A stretch of DNA of 61,919 nucleotides from the IMG/VR virus record IMGVR_UViG_3300034025_000033, positions 1 through 61,919 of that record. One strand, 5' to 3'. This DNA is from a virus. This document shows, one piece after another, positions 29,394 to 36,818 of this stretch. Both the position numbers and the translations under genes were made by a program. Position 1 is the first letter of the stretch; every line of letters starts with the position of its first letter. The notes beneath the pieces are model-generated. The model searched no databases and had not been told where the DNA came from. It worked only from the letters and a program-made list of their open reading frames with translations.

Positions 29394-32200
29394 TAGAGAG
29401 TCTCCACGTCGTCTGGATTAGGGGATTGCAGGAACGCATAAGCCGTCGGGATGGACCACTCCATAAGTGCCAGCGAGCGCTGGGTGGTGCCGCTCGCTGC
29501 TGCGCTCTTGATGCGGTCGTCCCATTGCTTGTGGAAGTCTTCGACGATGTCGGCCGCCTCCTGCACTTCATCCCACGAATACAGGCACGGGATGTCGTGG
29601 AAGAATTCAAGCCGGAGCTTCGGCCAGCTGGCGCGCAGCTGCTCCGACGAGTCCGGGCCGCGGAATGATCCATCCGAACGGTGAATCCAGTCTTCCTGCC
29701 CGGCCCCAGGGTATTTGCGATCGCGCCAGTCGCCCCAGTTCAGGGGAATGTCGGGGTTGTTCAGGACGGTATGGTCGATCGGGATGAAGGGCGCGCCGTT
29801 ATACACGTCGCCGTTGCCGCCGATATAGCTGCCGCGCGTCTGCGTGAACCACTGGATCGATCCGGCGTCGAGCATGCGGATAAGCATCAGCAGGGCTTTC
29901 TGCGACGCCTCGCTCTGGTTCCACATCTTGTTGAACAGGCCGAACTGGCGCATCTTGAGCAGGGCGCCTGCCATGTAGAAGGTCAGGCCGAACGAGGTCG
30001 AACCCCAGCGGCTGCCATTCCACCTGTGCGGCACGCCGAACCGCTTCATGATGACGAAGTGCGGATCCTGGCTGTTTTCCACGTACATCGGAAGGTAGTA
30101 TTCCTGATAAACCTGGTTCAGCTCGATCGCCAGGCGTGCTTCGATGTCGGACTGGCGCACGCCCAGCACCGGATGGTCGGACGCCAGCTTCCACATGGTC
30201 GAATGCTGGAGAATCTTCCAGGCGTGCTCGCGGCTGCCGACATAACCGCCCGCCGACGTGGTCGGGCGGCTTTCGCCCAGTCCGATCATCAGGTGCGCGA
30301 TATAGCGATGCTTGGCCGAGAAGGCGTGCGCCGGGCTGTTGTAGTGCATGGCCACGTCGCCCGGGGTCTGGTAGTTGTGCAGGTTATCCGGAGCGTAACC
30401 GTTCCATGGCAAACGGTAGTTGGCGTCGCAGAACTGGCCGCCATGCGGGCGTTGCCCGTTCGACGCGAAGCTGCCCAGGCGCGAGGCGAACAGGGGAACG
30501 GCGTAGTTGGTGCCGCCGGACGTGTAGCTGGAATTCGGACCGTAGAAGGTCCGGCAGTAGCTCCAGTCGCCTGCGAGAAGTTCGTTCAACGGCAGCGTCG
30601 TCATGTTGCGCACGTCCGTGAAGTAGTGGCATCCCTGGTTGAAGTAGCCCAGCTTCCAGTGCTCAAACATTTCCGAGATCGGCGTGTTGTCGCGCAGATG
30701 CACCCAGTTCGGATCCGTCAGGGCGATCATCAGCGGACCGGCCCATACGCCACGGTCAATGCGCACGCCGCCCGGTCCGGTGGTCTGGTCGTGCATGCAG
30801 TAGCTGCCCGGCTCGTAGCCCCAGCCCATGACGCGCGCGGCGCCGTAGCTGACTTCCCCGAAGTCCGACGCGGGGATGCCGTGCACTGCCGCCCAGTCGG
30901 GCGTCTGCATGTAGTTGTTGACCGTGCTGCCGGGGTTGATCGGGTACAGGTACGGGTCCAGCGACAGGTCGGCGCGCACGGCGTCCTCGTTGGCGGCGTT
31001 GGCCCACTTGCCGCTGGCGAACCAGTGCTGCCAGCCGTGGTTTCCGCCCGAATTGCCGGCCATCGGCATCACGCCGGCATAGGCGGCTTTTTCCTTGCCG
31101 AGACTTGGGCGCACGGCGCGCATGTCCATACCGGGGAACCACTTCTTCGATTTCGCGCTCATCTTCGGCTTGTGCGACTGCCAGAACAGCATCTGTCCGC
31201 AATGCATGTGCGGGCGCAGCGGCTTGGTCTTGGTCGGCACTTCCGACAACTGCGACGAGTTGATCGGCAAATTGTCGCGGTTCATGTCCCAGGTGTGCAT
31301 CAGGGCATTGCTGCCGTTGTACAGCTTGGCCTTGAACGCTTCGGGGAAGGTGTTGGAGACGCCATACGTGACCGGAGCGTCGAACGTCTTGGAGCCGAGC
31401 CGGTAGCCGCTGTAACGCGGGTAGTTCGGCCAGTTCTGGCCCGGTCCGCTGGTCGGCTTCATCATCACCAGAACCTGGTGCAGCGTGCGCCCGCCTTCGG
31501 CATTGGCGGCGGCGTTCATGGAGAACATGATGGCGCCGAATTCGATGTCGATATAGGTGACGATGCCGGTCGAATTCGTCACGCGCACATCACCCATGCC
31601 GGCGGCGATTTCCGGATCGGTGAACGTCCAGTTGTCCAGGCGGTTGTTGAACGGGATGCGGCCCACTTCGACCACGTTCTGCGGGTTGCGCCAGTCCTCG
31701 ATGACCACGTAGGCCGGGGCATCGTCGCCCAGCGCCGGCGGCGAGTAGCCGGTGCCCGACGGCAGGAACGGCGGCGGCTTGATGCGCAGGTTCGGCGTCA
31801 CCGCGATGCTGTTGGTGGTGGTCGGGTTTTCCGGCACCAGGAAGTCCGCATTCGATCCGGCCAGGCCCAGTCTGCCCTCGATCCAGTTGCCGTTGCCTTC
31901 GATGCGCAGGACGGCCACGCCGGCGGCAAGGTCGGCCGCCAGGGCAGTCGTTAGGTTCGACGTGGTGCCGTAGGAAGTGACGATGCCGCCCTCGATTGCC
32001 ATGTCGCCGCTGATGGCGGCGTCGCGGAATTTCGTGCCGCTGGCGTAGGCGTTTTCTTCCGGCGTGCCGGCAGGAGCAATCTTGCAGGTCACGCGCCGAC
32101 TGGCGCCCAGCCCGTTTTTGAATGCTGCCGACCACGCATTGTTGCTGATCGTTGCCGCGCTCAGGCTTGCGGCAAATGTAGGATTGACGCGAAGTGTCAT
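29393..32200 (-). CDS. Large W/Y/H-rich virion protein, candidate polysaccharide depolymerase / tailspike (935 aa)
   Basis: An N-terminal beta-rich region is followed by about 650 aa with enzyme-like composition (many W, H, Y, N, G). It is flanked by receptor-binding-type genes. No motif was recognised with certainty. Confidence 0.7.
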   Translation of the reverse strand: MTLRVNPTFAASLSAATISNNAWSAAFKNGLGASRRVTCKIAPAGTPEENAYASGTKFRDAAISGDMAIEGGIVTSYGTTSNLTTALAADLAAGVAVLRIEGNGNWIEGRLGLAGSNADFLVPENPTTTNSIAVTPNLRIKPPPFLPSGTGYSPPALGDDAPAYVVIEDWRNPQNVVEVGRIPFNNRLDNWTFTDPEIAAGMGDVRVTNSTGIVTYIDIEFGAIMFSMNAAANAEGGRTLHQVLVMMKPTSGPGQNWPNYPRYSGYRLGSKTFDAPVTYGVSNTFPEAFKAKLYNGSNALMHTWDMNRDNLPINSSQLSEVPTKTKPLRPHMHCGQMLFWQSHKPKMSAKSKKWFPGMDMRAVRPSLGKEKAAYAGVMPMAGNSGGNHGWQHWFASGKWANAANEDAVRADLSLDPYLYPINPGSTVNNYMQTPDWAAVHGIPASDFGEVSYGAARVMGWGYEPGSYCMHDQTTGPGGVRIDRGVWAGPLMIALTDPNWVHLRDNTPISEMFEHWKLGYFNQGCHYFTDVRNMTTLPLNELLAGDWSYCRTFYGPNSSYTSGGTNYAVPLFASRLGSFASNGQRPHGGQFCDANYRLPWNGYAPDNLHNYQTPGDVAMHYNSPAHAFSAKHRYIAHLMIGLGESRPTTSAGGYVGSREHAWKILQHSTMWKLASDHPVLGVRQSDIEARLAIELNQVYQEYYLPMYVENSQDPHFVIMKRFGVPHRWNGSRWGSTSFGLTFYMAGALLKMRQFGLFNKMWNQSEASQKALLMLIRMLDAGSIQWFTQTRGSYIGGNGDVYNGAPFIPIDHTVLNNPDIPLNWGDWRDRKYPGAGQEDWIHRSDGSFRGPDSSEQLRASWPKLRLEFFHDIPCLYSWDEVQEAADIVEDFHKQWDDRIKSAAASGTTQRSLALMEWSIPTAYAFLQSPNPDDVETL

Positions 32201-32901
32201 TGTTTTGGCTCGCTGGTAGTTGCTGGGTGCAAGGTAAAGGACTCGATGCGCTTCTTGCTGTCGCGCTTGGCGATGGCGCGGTAGCGCTTGCCGTCCTTCG
32301 TGATCGTCAGTTCGCTAATGCGGTCGGACAGGTCGCGCGTGACGCCGGCCTGCATGGTGACGGCGCCGGTGATGGAGACGGCGGCGAGCCGGTCCTTCTT
32401 GTCGCGGGCGACGGTGGCCACGATCGGGCCGGTGGGCGCGGGCTTCGCGGCGGGCGCCGGTTCGGTCTTGGCGATCGGCACGGCCGCGCCAGGCGGGCGT
32501 AGGGGCATGTCGATGAAGCGCGGCGGCGCGGCTGGTGCTGGCTCAGGTTGAGGCGCTGGCGCTGGCGCTGGTGGCGGTGGCGGTGGCGGCGCGGCGGGCG
32601 CGGGCGCGGGCGCGGGCTGCTGCGCCTGCTTTGCGATCGCTTCGACCAGGCTGCGCACGGCTTCGTTCGTGGCGCGCACGGTGTCGGCGGTGGCGCGCAG
32701 CAGGGCGCGCGCTTCGTGGTCGACGACCGGGGCGGCTGGTGCTGGTGGCGCAGGCTTAGGCGCAGGCGCTGGTGGAGGCGGCGGCGGCGGCGCTGGCGGT
32801 GGTGGCGGTGGTGGCGGTGGCGCGGGTGGCGCGGGCGGCGGCGCGCGGCCCGTTACCTTGTGCAGCTCGGCAGTACTCTTGACGCGGATCGTCGCCATCA
32901 T
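32197..32901 (-). CDS. Extreme proline-rich protein (234 aa)
   Basis: ATGATG is at 32901..32896, in ATGA overlap with the upstream stop. Two Pro/Ala runs are present, including PPPPPPPPP and PPPPPPP. The C-terminal ...RDSKKRIESF is paralogous to the 95-aa ORF tail. Confidence 0.7.
   Translation of the reverse strand: MMATIRVKSTAELHKVTGRAPPPAPPAPPPPPPPPPAPPPPPPPAPAPKPAPPAPAAPVVDHEARALLRATADTVRATNEAVRSLVEAIAKQAQQPAPAPAPAAPPPPPPPAPAPAPQPEPAPAAPPRFIDMPLRPPGAAVPIAKTEPAPAAKPAPTGPIVATVARDKKDRLAAVSITGAVTMQAGVTRDLSDRISELTITKDGKRYRAIAKRDSKKRIESFTLHPATTSEPKQ
32521..32616 (-). repeat. Hexanucleotide tandem repeats encoding Pro/Ala run 2
   Basis: Plus strand (ggcgct)x3, (ggtggc)x3 and (gcgggc)x3 in direct succession. 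Confidence 0.85.
32728..32841 (-). repeat. Tri/hexanucleotide repeats encoding Pro/Ala run 1
   Basis: Plus strand ggcggcggcggcggc and (ggtggc)n / gcgggtggc blocks. They encode a 38-aa stretch of P, A and one K. Confidence 0.85.
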
Positions 32902-33416
32902 CCGCCCTTCATGCACTTCAGGAGCGCGGTCAGGTTGGCAATGTCGTCGTTCACGGCGGCCAGCACTTGGTCGGCGGGAATCTGTTCCTGCGTCGTGATG
33001 CCGGTTTCCTCGTTGAACACGTCGGTGCCGATGCGGACCCTGGCATAGAACGCCAGCGGGATGTCTTCGCCGGTGTCGGGCGCTTCCTCGACGGCTGGCG
33101 CTGGTTCGGCGGGTTCGGCGGCCGGCTCTGGTTCTGGTTGCGGCGCCGGTTGCGGCTCAGGCTCAGGTGCAGGCGCGGCAGCAGGTTCTGGCTGCGGGCG
33201 CCTGGCGCCGCCCTGCGCCTCGTACTGCTCGCGCACCAGGCGGATGATTTTCTGCTCTTCCATGCGCGCCAGCGCCAGCTTGTCGCGCACGACCTGACGG
33301 AGCGCTTCTTCCGGCTCCATGCCGGCCGCTTGGTATTTCCCGGCCAGCGCGCGCAACTCGGCAATGGGCAACTTCTTGTTCAGGCCCAGCGAGCGGACGC
33401 AAGTATTAAAAGACAT
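32898..33416 (-). CDS. Chimeric virion protein: N-domain of the PLxRFG protein plus C-domain of the 985-aa protein (172 aa)
   Basis: The N-terminal 71 aa (MSFNTCVRSLGL...VREQYEAQGGA) align with 1448-aa residues 1-73. The C-terminal 59 aa (DIPLAFY...DDIANLTALLKCMKGG) align with the 985-aa C-terminus. A Pro/Glu/Ala linker lies between them. Confidence 0.75.
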   Translation of the reverse strand: MSFNTCVRSLGLNKKLPIAELRALAGKYQAAGMEPEEALRQVVRDKLALARMEEQKIIRLVREQYEAQGGARRPQPEPAAAPAPEPEPQPAPQPEPEPAAEPAEPAPAVEEAPDTGEDIPLAFYARVRIGTDVFNEETGITTQEQIPADQVLAAVNDDIANLTALLKCMKGG

Positions 33417-33705
33417 GGGCGATGATCTCCATCAGGATGGCGTGGATGATTTCCTCTTCGTCGTCCGGCTCGACGTTGAGCGGAATATCGTATTGCCGAC
33501 TGGAATCGTAATGATATCGCGCAACCCCGGCGCCGGGGTGGTAAATCGGCACCGGCTCGGCTGTTGGTGACTTCGCGTCGAGTTCGGACCAGCCGACATG
33601 GACGCGAAACGGCCGGGCCTGCACGTCGAGCTGTGACCAGCCGACGTTGACGCGCATGGGCGACGCTTGAACATCCAGGCCGCCCCAGCCGACGAAGACG
33701 GCCAT
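33406..33705 (-). CDS. Small acidic protein with VGWxxLD repeats (99 aa)
   Basis: VGWGGLDV, VGWSQLDV and VGWSELDA, plus the tail DDEEEIIHAILMEIIAHVF. TAATG junction upstream. It overlaps the next ATG (CATGTCTTTTAA). Confidence 0.7.
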   Translation of the reverse strand: MAVFVGWGGLDVQASPMRVNVGWSQLDVQARPFRVHVGWSELDAKSPTAEPVPIYHPGAGVARYHYDSSRQYDIPLNVEPDDEEEIIHAILMEIIAHVF

Positions 33706-35246
33706 TACAGCGCCTCGAACTGGTGGCGCAGGTCGGAATAATTCGTGATGCTCGCCGCCTGCGCCAGCGTCAGGCGCTGCGCGTAGATGGTCGGCGTGGC
33801 CGGCAGCGTCGCATGCACCCATTCGGCGATCTGGCGGTTGCCCTGCATCAGACGCACCACGATACCGTCGCCGGTGTCGCTCCATACCTGGTAACGCATG
33901 ACGTGGCCTTCGTCCGTGCCCGGATCGAATACTGGGTTCAGCAGCACTTCGCACAGGCCCGGCGTTGACGCGCGGATGTAGGTTGTGGCATCGGCGCTCG
34001 GCTCGGACAGCATGGCAGCGAGAGAATTGCCAGCCGAAGGCAGCCAGACGCCGGGCGTGCCGATCTGCAGCACATCTTCTGCGGGCCGTCCATAGCGCTT
34101 GTCGACGTTGCTCGTGACCTCGGCGCTGTCTCCCTCGTTGGACTGCGTGCCGTTGCTGCCGCCCAGGTTCTGCGCTTGCGTGATGGCGCCGCCCGTGCCG
34201 CTGTTGCCTTGTTCGCCATCGGTGCCCTGGACCTGCTGCTGCGCGACGATATCGACGGCGCCGCCAGTGCCGGTGTTGTCCTGGTTGCCGTCGCTTCCGG
34301 CCAGATTCTGTTCCTGGCCAATGGCGCCAGCGCTGCCGGTGTTGGCAATCGCGCCGTTTGTGCCGCCGAGATTTTGCGCCTGTGTGATCGTCCCGCTGGT
34401 GCCGGTCGCTCCCTGCGATCCGTCGGTGCCGACCAGGTTCAGGGGCGGCGTCGTAGTAACCGGAGCAAGTCGGGAGTAAGGAAAGACGGGAGGCGCCGCC
34501 ATGATTTGCTGCGGGTTGCGGTAGAAGTTGTCGATCTCCCGCTCGGCCAGCGCCCGGCCGCCGATGAATGTCGCGTTGAACAGCTGCGCATTCATCGACT
34601 GGAAGCCGTACGTGCCGCCGCCCATCAAGTCCAGCGGTATGGTGTCCCCAGTGGCCAGCGGCCCGGACAGGGTCGACGTGAAGGACCGGGACACGACGCC
34701 CTGCGGCGTTCCATCGTTGAGAAACACACGACAGTGCGAGCGAATCTTGATCTGCGTGCCGCCATCGTAGGTAATCCCCAGAAAGACGCGCGCGTAGGTT
34801 CCGCTCTGACTCCACAGGTCATAGTTGAAGTCCTGGCTATACGTGGCCAGTTGGATACGCCGGAATGCTGTAGCGGTCAGCAGAGTGAACTGAGTGCGGG
34901 GCCGGGCTGAACTGTCGCCGAAACTGAATACGCACTTGCCGCCACTGTATGAAACGTCGCCTTGCCAGAATTCGACAATGATCGTGCGCGCAACGGCACC
35001 GGCCATGCCCAGTTCGGACGGCAGCAGGCCGGTGCTGATTTTGCCGACGCCGGTTCCCATGGCAGCCTTGCCCATCGGGTCGGGCTGCAGGACCGGGCCA
35101 GTCGATACCCCCAGGCCGGGCCGGCCGCGCACTGCTGATTTAAAATCGCGCACCAGCGGAAAATGCGCGGTGACACTGCGGCCAATTGGCGTGCCCGCCG
35201 AAACCTTCGTGCCGGCTGGCAGTCGGCGTGAATAGTCGCGGGCCAT
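33705..35246 (-). CDS. Tail-associated protein: LamG-like domain, Q/N/G quasi-repeats and the conserved 130-aa C-terminal domain (513 aa)
   Basis: ...FNATFIGGRALAEREIDNFYRNP is LamG-like. Repeats QAQNLGGTNG / QEQNLAGSDG / QAQNLGGSNG lie at about 34130..34440. The C-terminal domain is shared with 26131..26523. Confidence 0.8.
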   Translation of the reverse strand: MARDYSRRLPAGTKVSAGTPIGRSVTAHFPLVRDFKSAVRGRPGLGVSTGPVLQPDPMGKAAMGTGVGKISTGLLPSELGMAGAVARTIIVEFWQGDVSYSGGKCVFSFGDSSARPRTQFTLLTATAFRRIQLATYSQDFNYDLWSQSGTYARVFLGITYDGGTQIKIRSHCRVFLNDGTPQGVVSRSFTSTLSGPLATGDTIPLDLMGGGTYGFQSMNAQLFNATFIGGRALAEREIDNFYRNPQQIMAAPPVFPYSRLAPVTTTPPLNLVGTDGSQGATGTSGTITQAQNLGGTNGAIANTGSAGAIGQEQNLAGSDGNQDNTGTGGAVDIVAQQQVQGTDGEQGNSGTGGAITQAQNLGGSNGTQSNEGDSAEVTSNVDKRYGRPAEDVLQIGTPGVWLPSAGNSLAAMLSEPSADATTYIRASTPGLCEVLLNPVFDPGTDEGHVMRYQVWSDTGDGIVVRLMQGNRQIAEWVHATLPATPTIYAQRLTLAQAASITNYSDLRHQFEAL

Positions 35247-35249
35247 GGC

Positions 35250-35621
35250 TTACGGCACCTGGCGCGCCAGGTAGACCTCGACCGTTACGTTCTGCGACGT
35301 GTTGCCGAATGCCTTGGCGGTATAGCTGGGATAGGCACCGGTAACAGTGATCGAACCGCTCTGGCTGTCGCTCGCTATCACGCTGCCCGTCACGCGGTCC
35401 AGTTCATAGAGGCGCCCGGCGGCGCTGACGCCGTAGAATATCAGCGTGACACCCGTACCAGGGGGCGTGGCGCCGTTGGTAATACGGTAAGAGAAGCTGA
35501 CGGTATAGTCAGCGAACGGGCCGACGGTTGCGCCAACGCCGGCGACATTGGGCGCCGCCTCGGTCCCACCGAACGGAATGACGGTGCCAGCAGCGAGAAT
35601 GGTTGCTTCTTGCAGGTTCAT
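35250..35621 (-). CDS. Virion-module hypothetical protein (123 aa)
   Basis: ATGA-type coupling (35618..35621). Beta-rich G/T/V/A composition. Confidence 0.7.
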   Translation of the reverse strand: MNLQEATILAAGTVIPFGGTEAAPNVAGVGATVGPFADYTVSFSYRITNGATPPGTGVTLIFYGVSAAGRLYELDRVTGSVIASDSQSGSITVTGAYPSYTAKAFGNTSQNVTVEVYLARQVP

Positions 35622-36127
35622 TGTGCGCTCGCTTCAATTTGATCGATGGCCGCTTCCACCTGGAGGCGATCGACGACGACAGGCACGCGGGCGCTCCCCT
35701 TGAGGATCGACACCGCGGCGCCGTACTTGGTCGGGTTGGTCGCGGCGATCAGGTCCATCATCTGCTGCGTCCTTTCCGACCCTATGTCGAGTCCGTCGCT
35801 GTCCTCCAGCCAGTTATGCGCGCTGGCCAGGGTGTCGAGGTAGGCGAAGTGATGTTCCGCCGGCACCTTCATCTGCGTGAGCACGACGACGAATTCGGGT
35901 GGCAGTTCGCTCGCCGTGCTCAGTTGCCTGAGCAGGATCAGGAAGTTTGCCGCGTCGAGCACCGGCAGCAGCCCGCGCACGCCGCGCGAAGTAATATGCT
36001 TCGGAGCCAGTTCGGTGACGCCTTCGGCGTTGAGCGCGTCTGCCAGCAGGTCCAGTTCGCGCGCAGCGATCAGGTCGGCCAGGTCGGGGCGCGCAAGCAG
36101 GCGCGCGCTGATGGTGGGCGTGGCCAT
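35618..36127 (-). CDS. Virion-module hypothetical protein (169 aa)
   Basis: Start at ATG 36127 (MATPTISARLL), 4 nt after the upstream stop. The longer track ORF upstream is Pro/Arg/Ser shadow sequence. Confidence 0.65.
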   Translation of the reverse strand: MATPTISARLLARPDLADLIAARELDLLADALNAEGVTELAPKHITSRGVRGLLPVLDAANFLILLRQLSTASELPPEFVVVLTQMKVPAEHHFAYLDTLASAHNWLEDSDGLDIGSERTQQMMDLIAATNPTKYGAAVSILKGSARVPVVVDRLQVEAAIDQIEASAQ

Positions 36128-36131
36128 GGCG

Positions 36132-36521
36132 TCAGGTCGGGTAATTGCTGGTGTACGACAGGGCCGGGAAATTGATCGTATTGCCGGCCGTGACGGGCAT
36201 GTCGGTCGATTCGTCGGTGACGTACAGCACGCGGTTGTCGGACGAGACGAAGGCGAAAGCCAGGTCGGCGCCGGTGATGGTCGCCGTTGCGGTCGAGCCG
36301 GCTTTGCCGTTGAACGTGCAGCGGCGATTGTCGCCGACGCTGGTGATCGCGCCGAAGTCGGCGGCCGTGATCGCCGCTTCGGCCAGCTTGCTCGCTTCCA
36401 CACTGGCATAGCTGGCGTTCTTGACGTAGTTCGGCACCAGGAGGATGCGCGAAGCGGTCGCTTTCAGGTAGGCGCAGCCGTTGTCGAGCAGGTCGGGGTG
36501 GGCGTGGCGTGCAATGGTCAT
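36132..36521 (-). CDS. Virion-module hypothetical protein (129 aa)
   Basis: Clean ORF with beta-rich composition. Confidence 0.7.
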   Translation of the reverse strand: MTIARHAHPDLLDNGCAYLKATASRILLVPNYVKNASYASVEASKLAEAAITAADFGAITSVGDNRRCTFNGKAGSTATATITGADLAFAFVSSDNRVLYVTDESTDMPVTAGNTINFPALSYTSNYPT

Positions 36522-36529
36522 GGTGGTCC

Positions 36530-36817
36530 TTATTCGATAACGTGAACGATGATGCGCGACAGCCTGCCTTTGCTGTCGCGCTCGGGAATGGCTTCCAGAC
36601 GCGACGGCCTGGCGGGCGGTTTCAGGGTGGCCAGCATCTGCGGCAGCGCAGCCATGTGCTCGGCCATGTGCGTGATGGCCTGCTGCATGGCGACTATCTG
36701 CGCGCTGTTGTCGGGCACGGCCGGCACGGGAAGCGGCGCCGGTGCTGGCGCGGATGGTGCCGGGGTGGGCTTGACGCCCCGGGCGCGATTGATGTCGTCG
36801 CGGGTCTTTACCAGCAT
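36530..36817 (-). CDS. Proline-rich small protein (95 aa), short paralogue of 32197..32901
   Basis: It starts 1 nt after the ...ALLKCMGG stop. KPTPAPSAPAPAPLPVPAVP. The tail RDSKGRLSRIIVH compares with RDSKKRIESFTLH. Confidence 0.65.
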   Translation of the reverse strand: MLVKTRDDINRARGVKPTPAPSAPAPAPLPVPAVPDNSAQIVAMQQAITHMAEHMAALPQMLATLKPPARPSRLEAIPERDSKGRLSRIIVHVIE

Positions 36818-36818
36818 G

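Noticed and set aside
29681-31954. 757-aa plus-strand ORF, and the similar 22407..24239, 39851..41629 and 46337..48118 plus-strand ORFs
   Set aside because: All are antisense to long, well-behaved late genes. They are Arg/Ala/Gly/Val-rich with no start context.
32521-32841. CRISPR-like or non-coding microsatellite array
   Set aside because: The repeats are 3-6 nt, contiguous and in frame within a coupled late ORF, where they encode Pro/Ala runs. There is no spacer structure.
25569-34097. Diversity-generating retroelement (template/variable repeat) as an explanation for the paralogous C-domains
   Set aside because: No reverse transcriptase is present anywhere in the window. The paralogues differ at all base types and at roughly half of the amino-acid positions, unlike TR/VR pairs.
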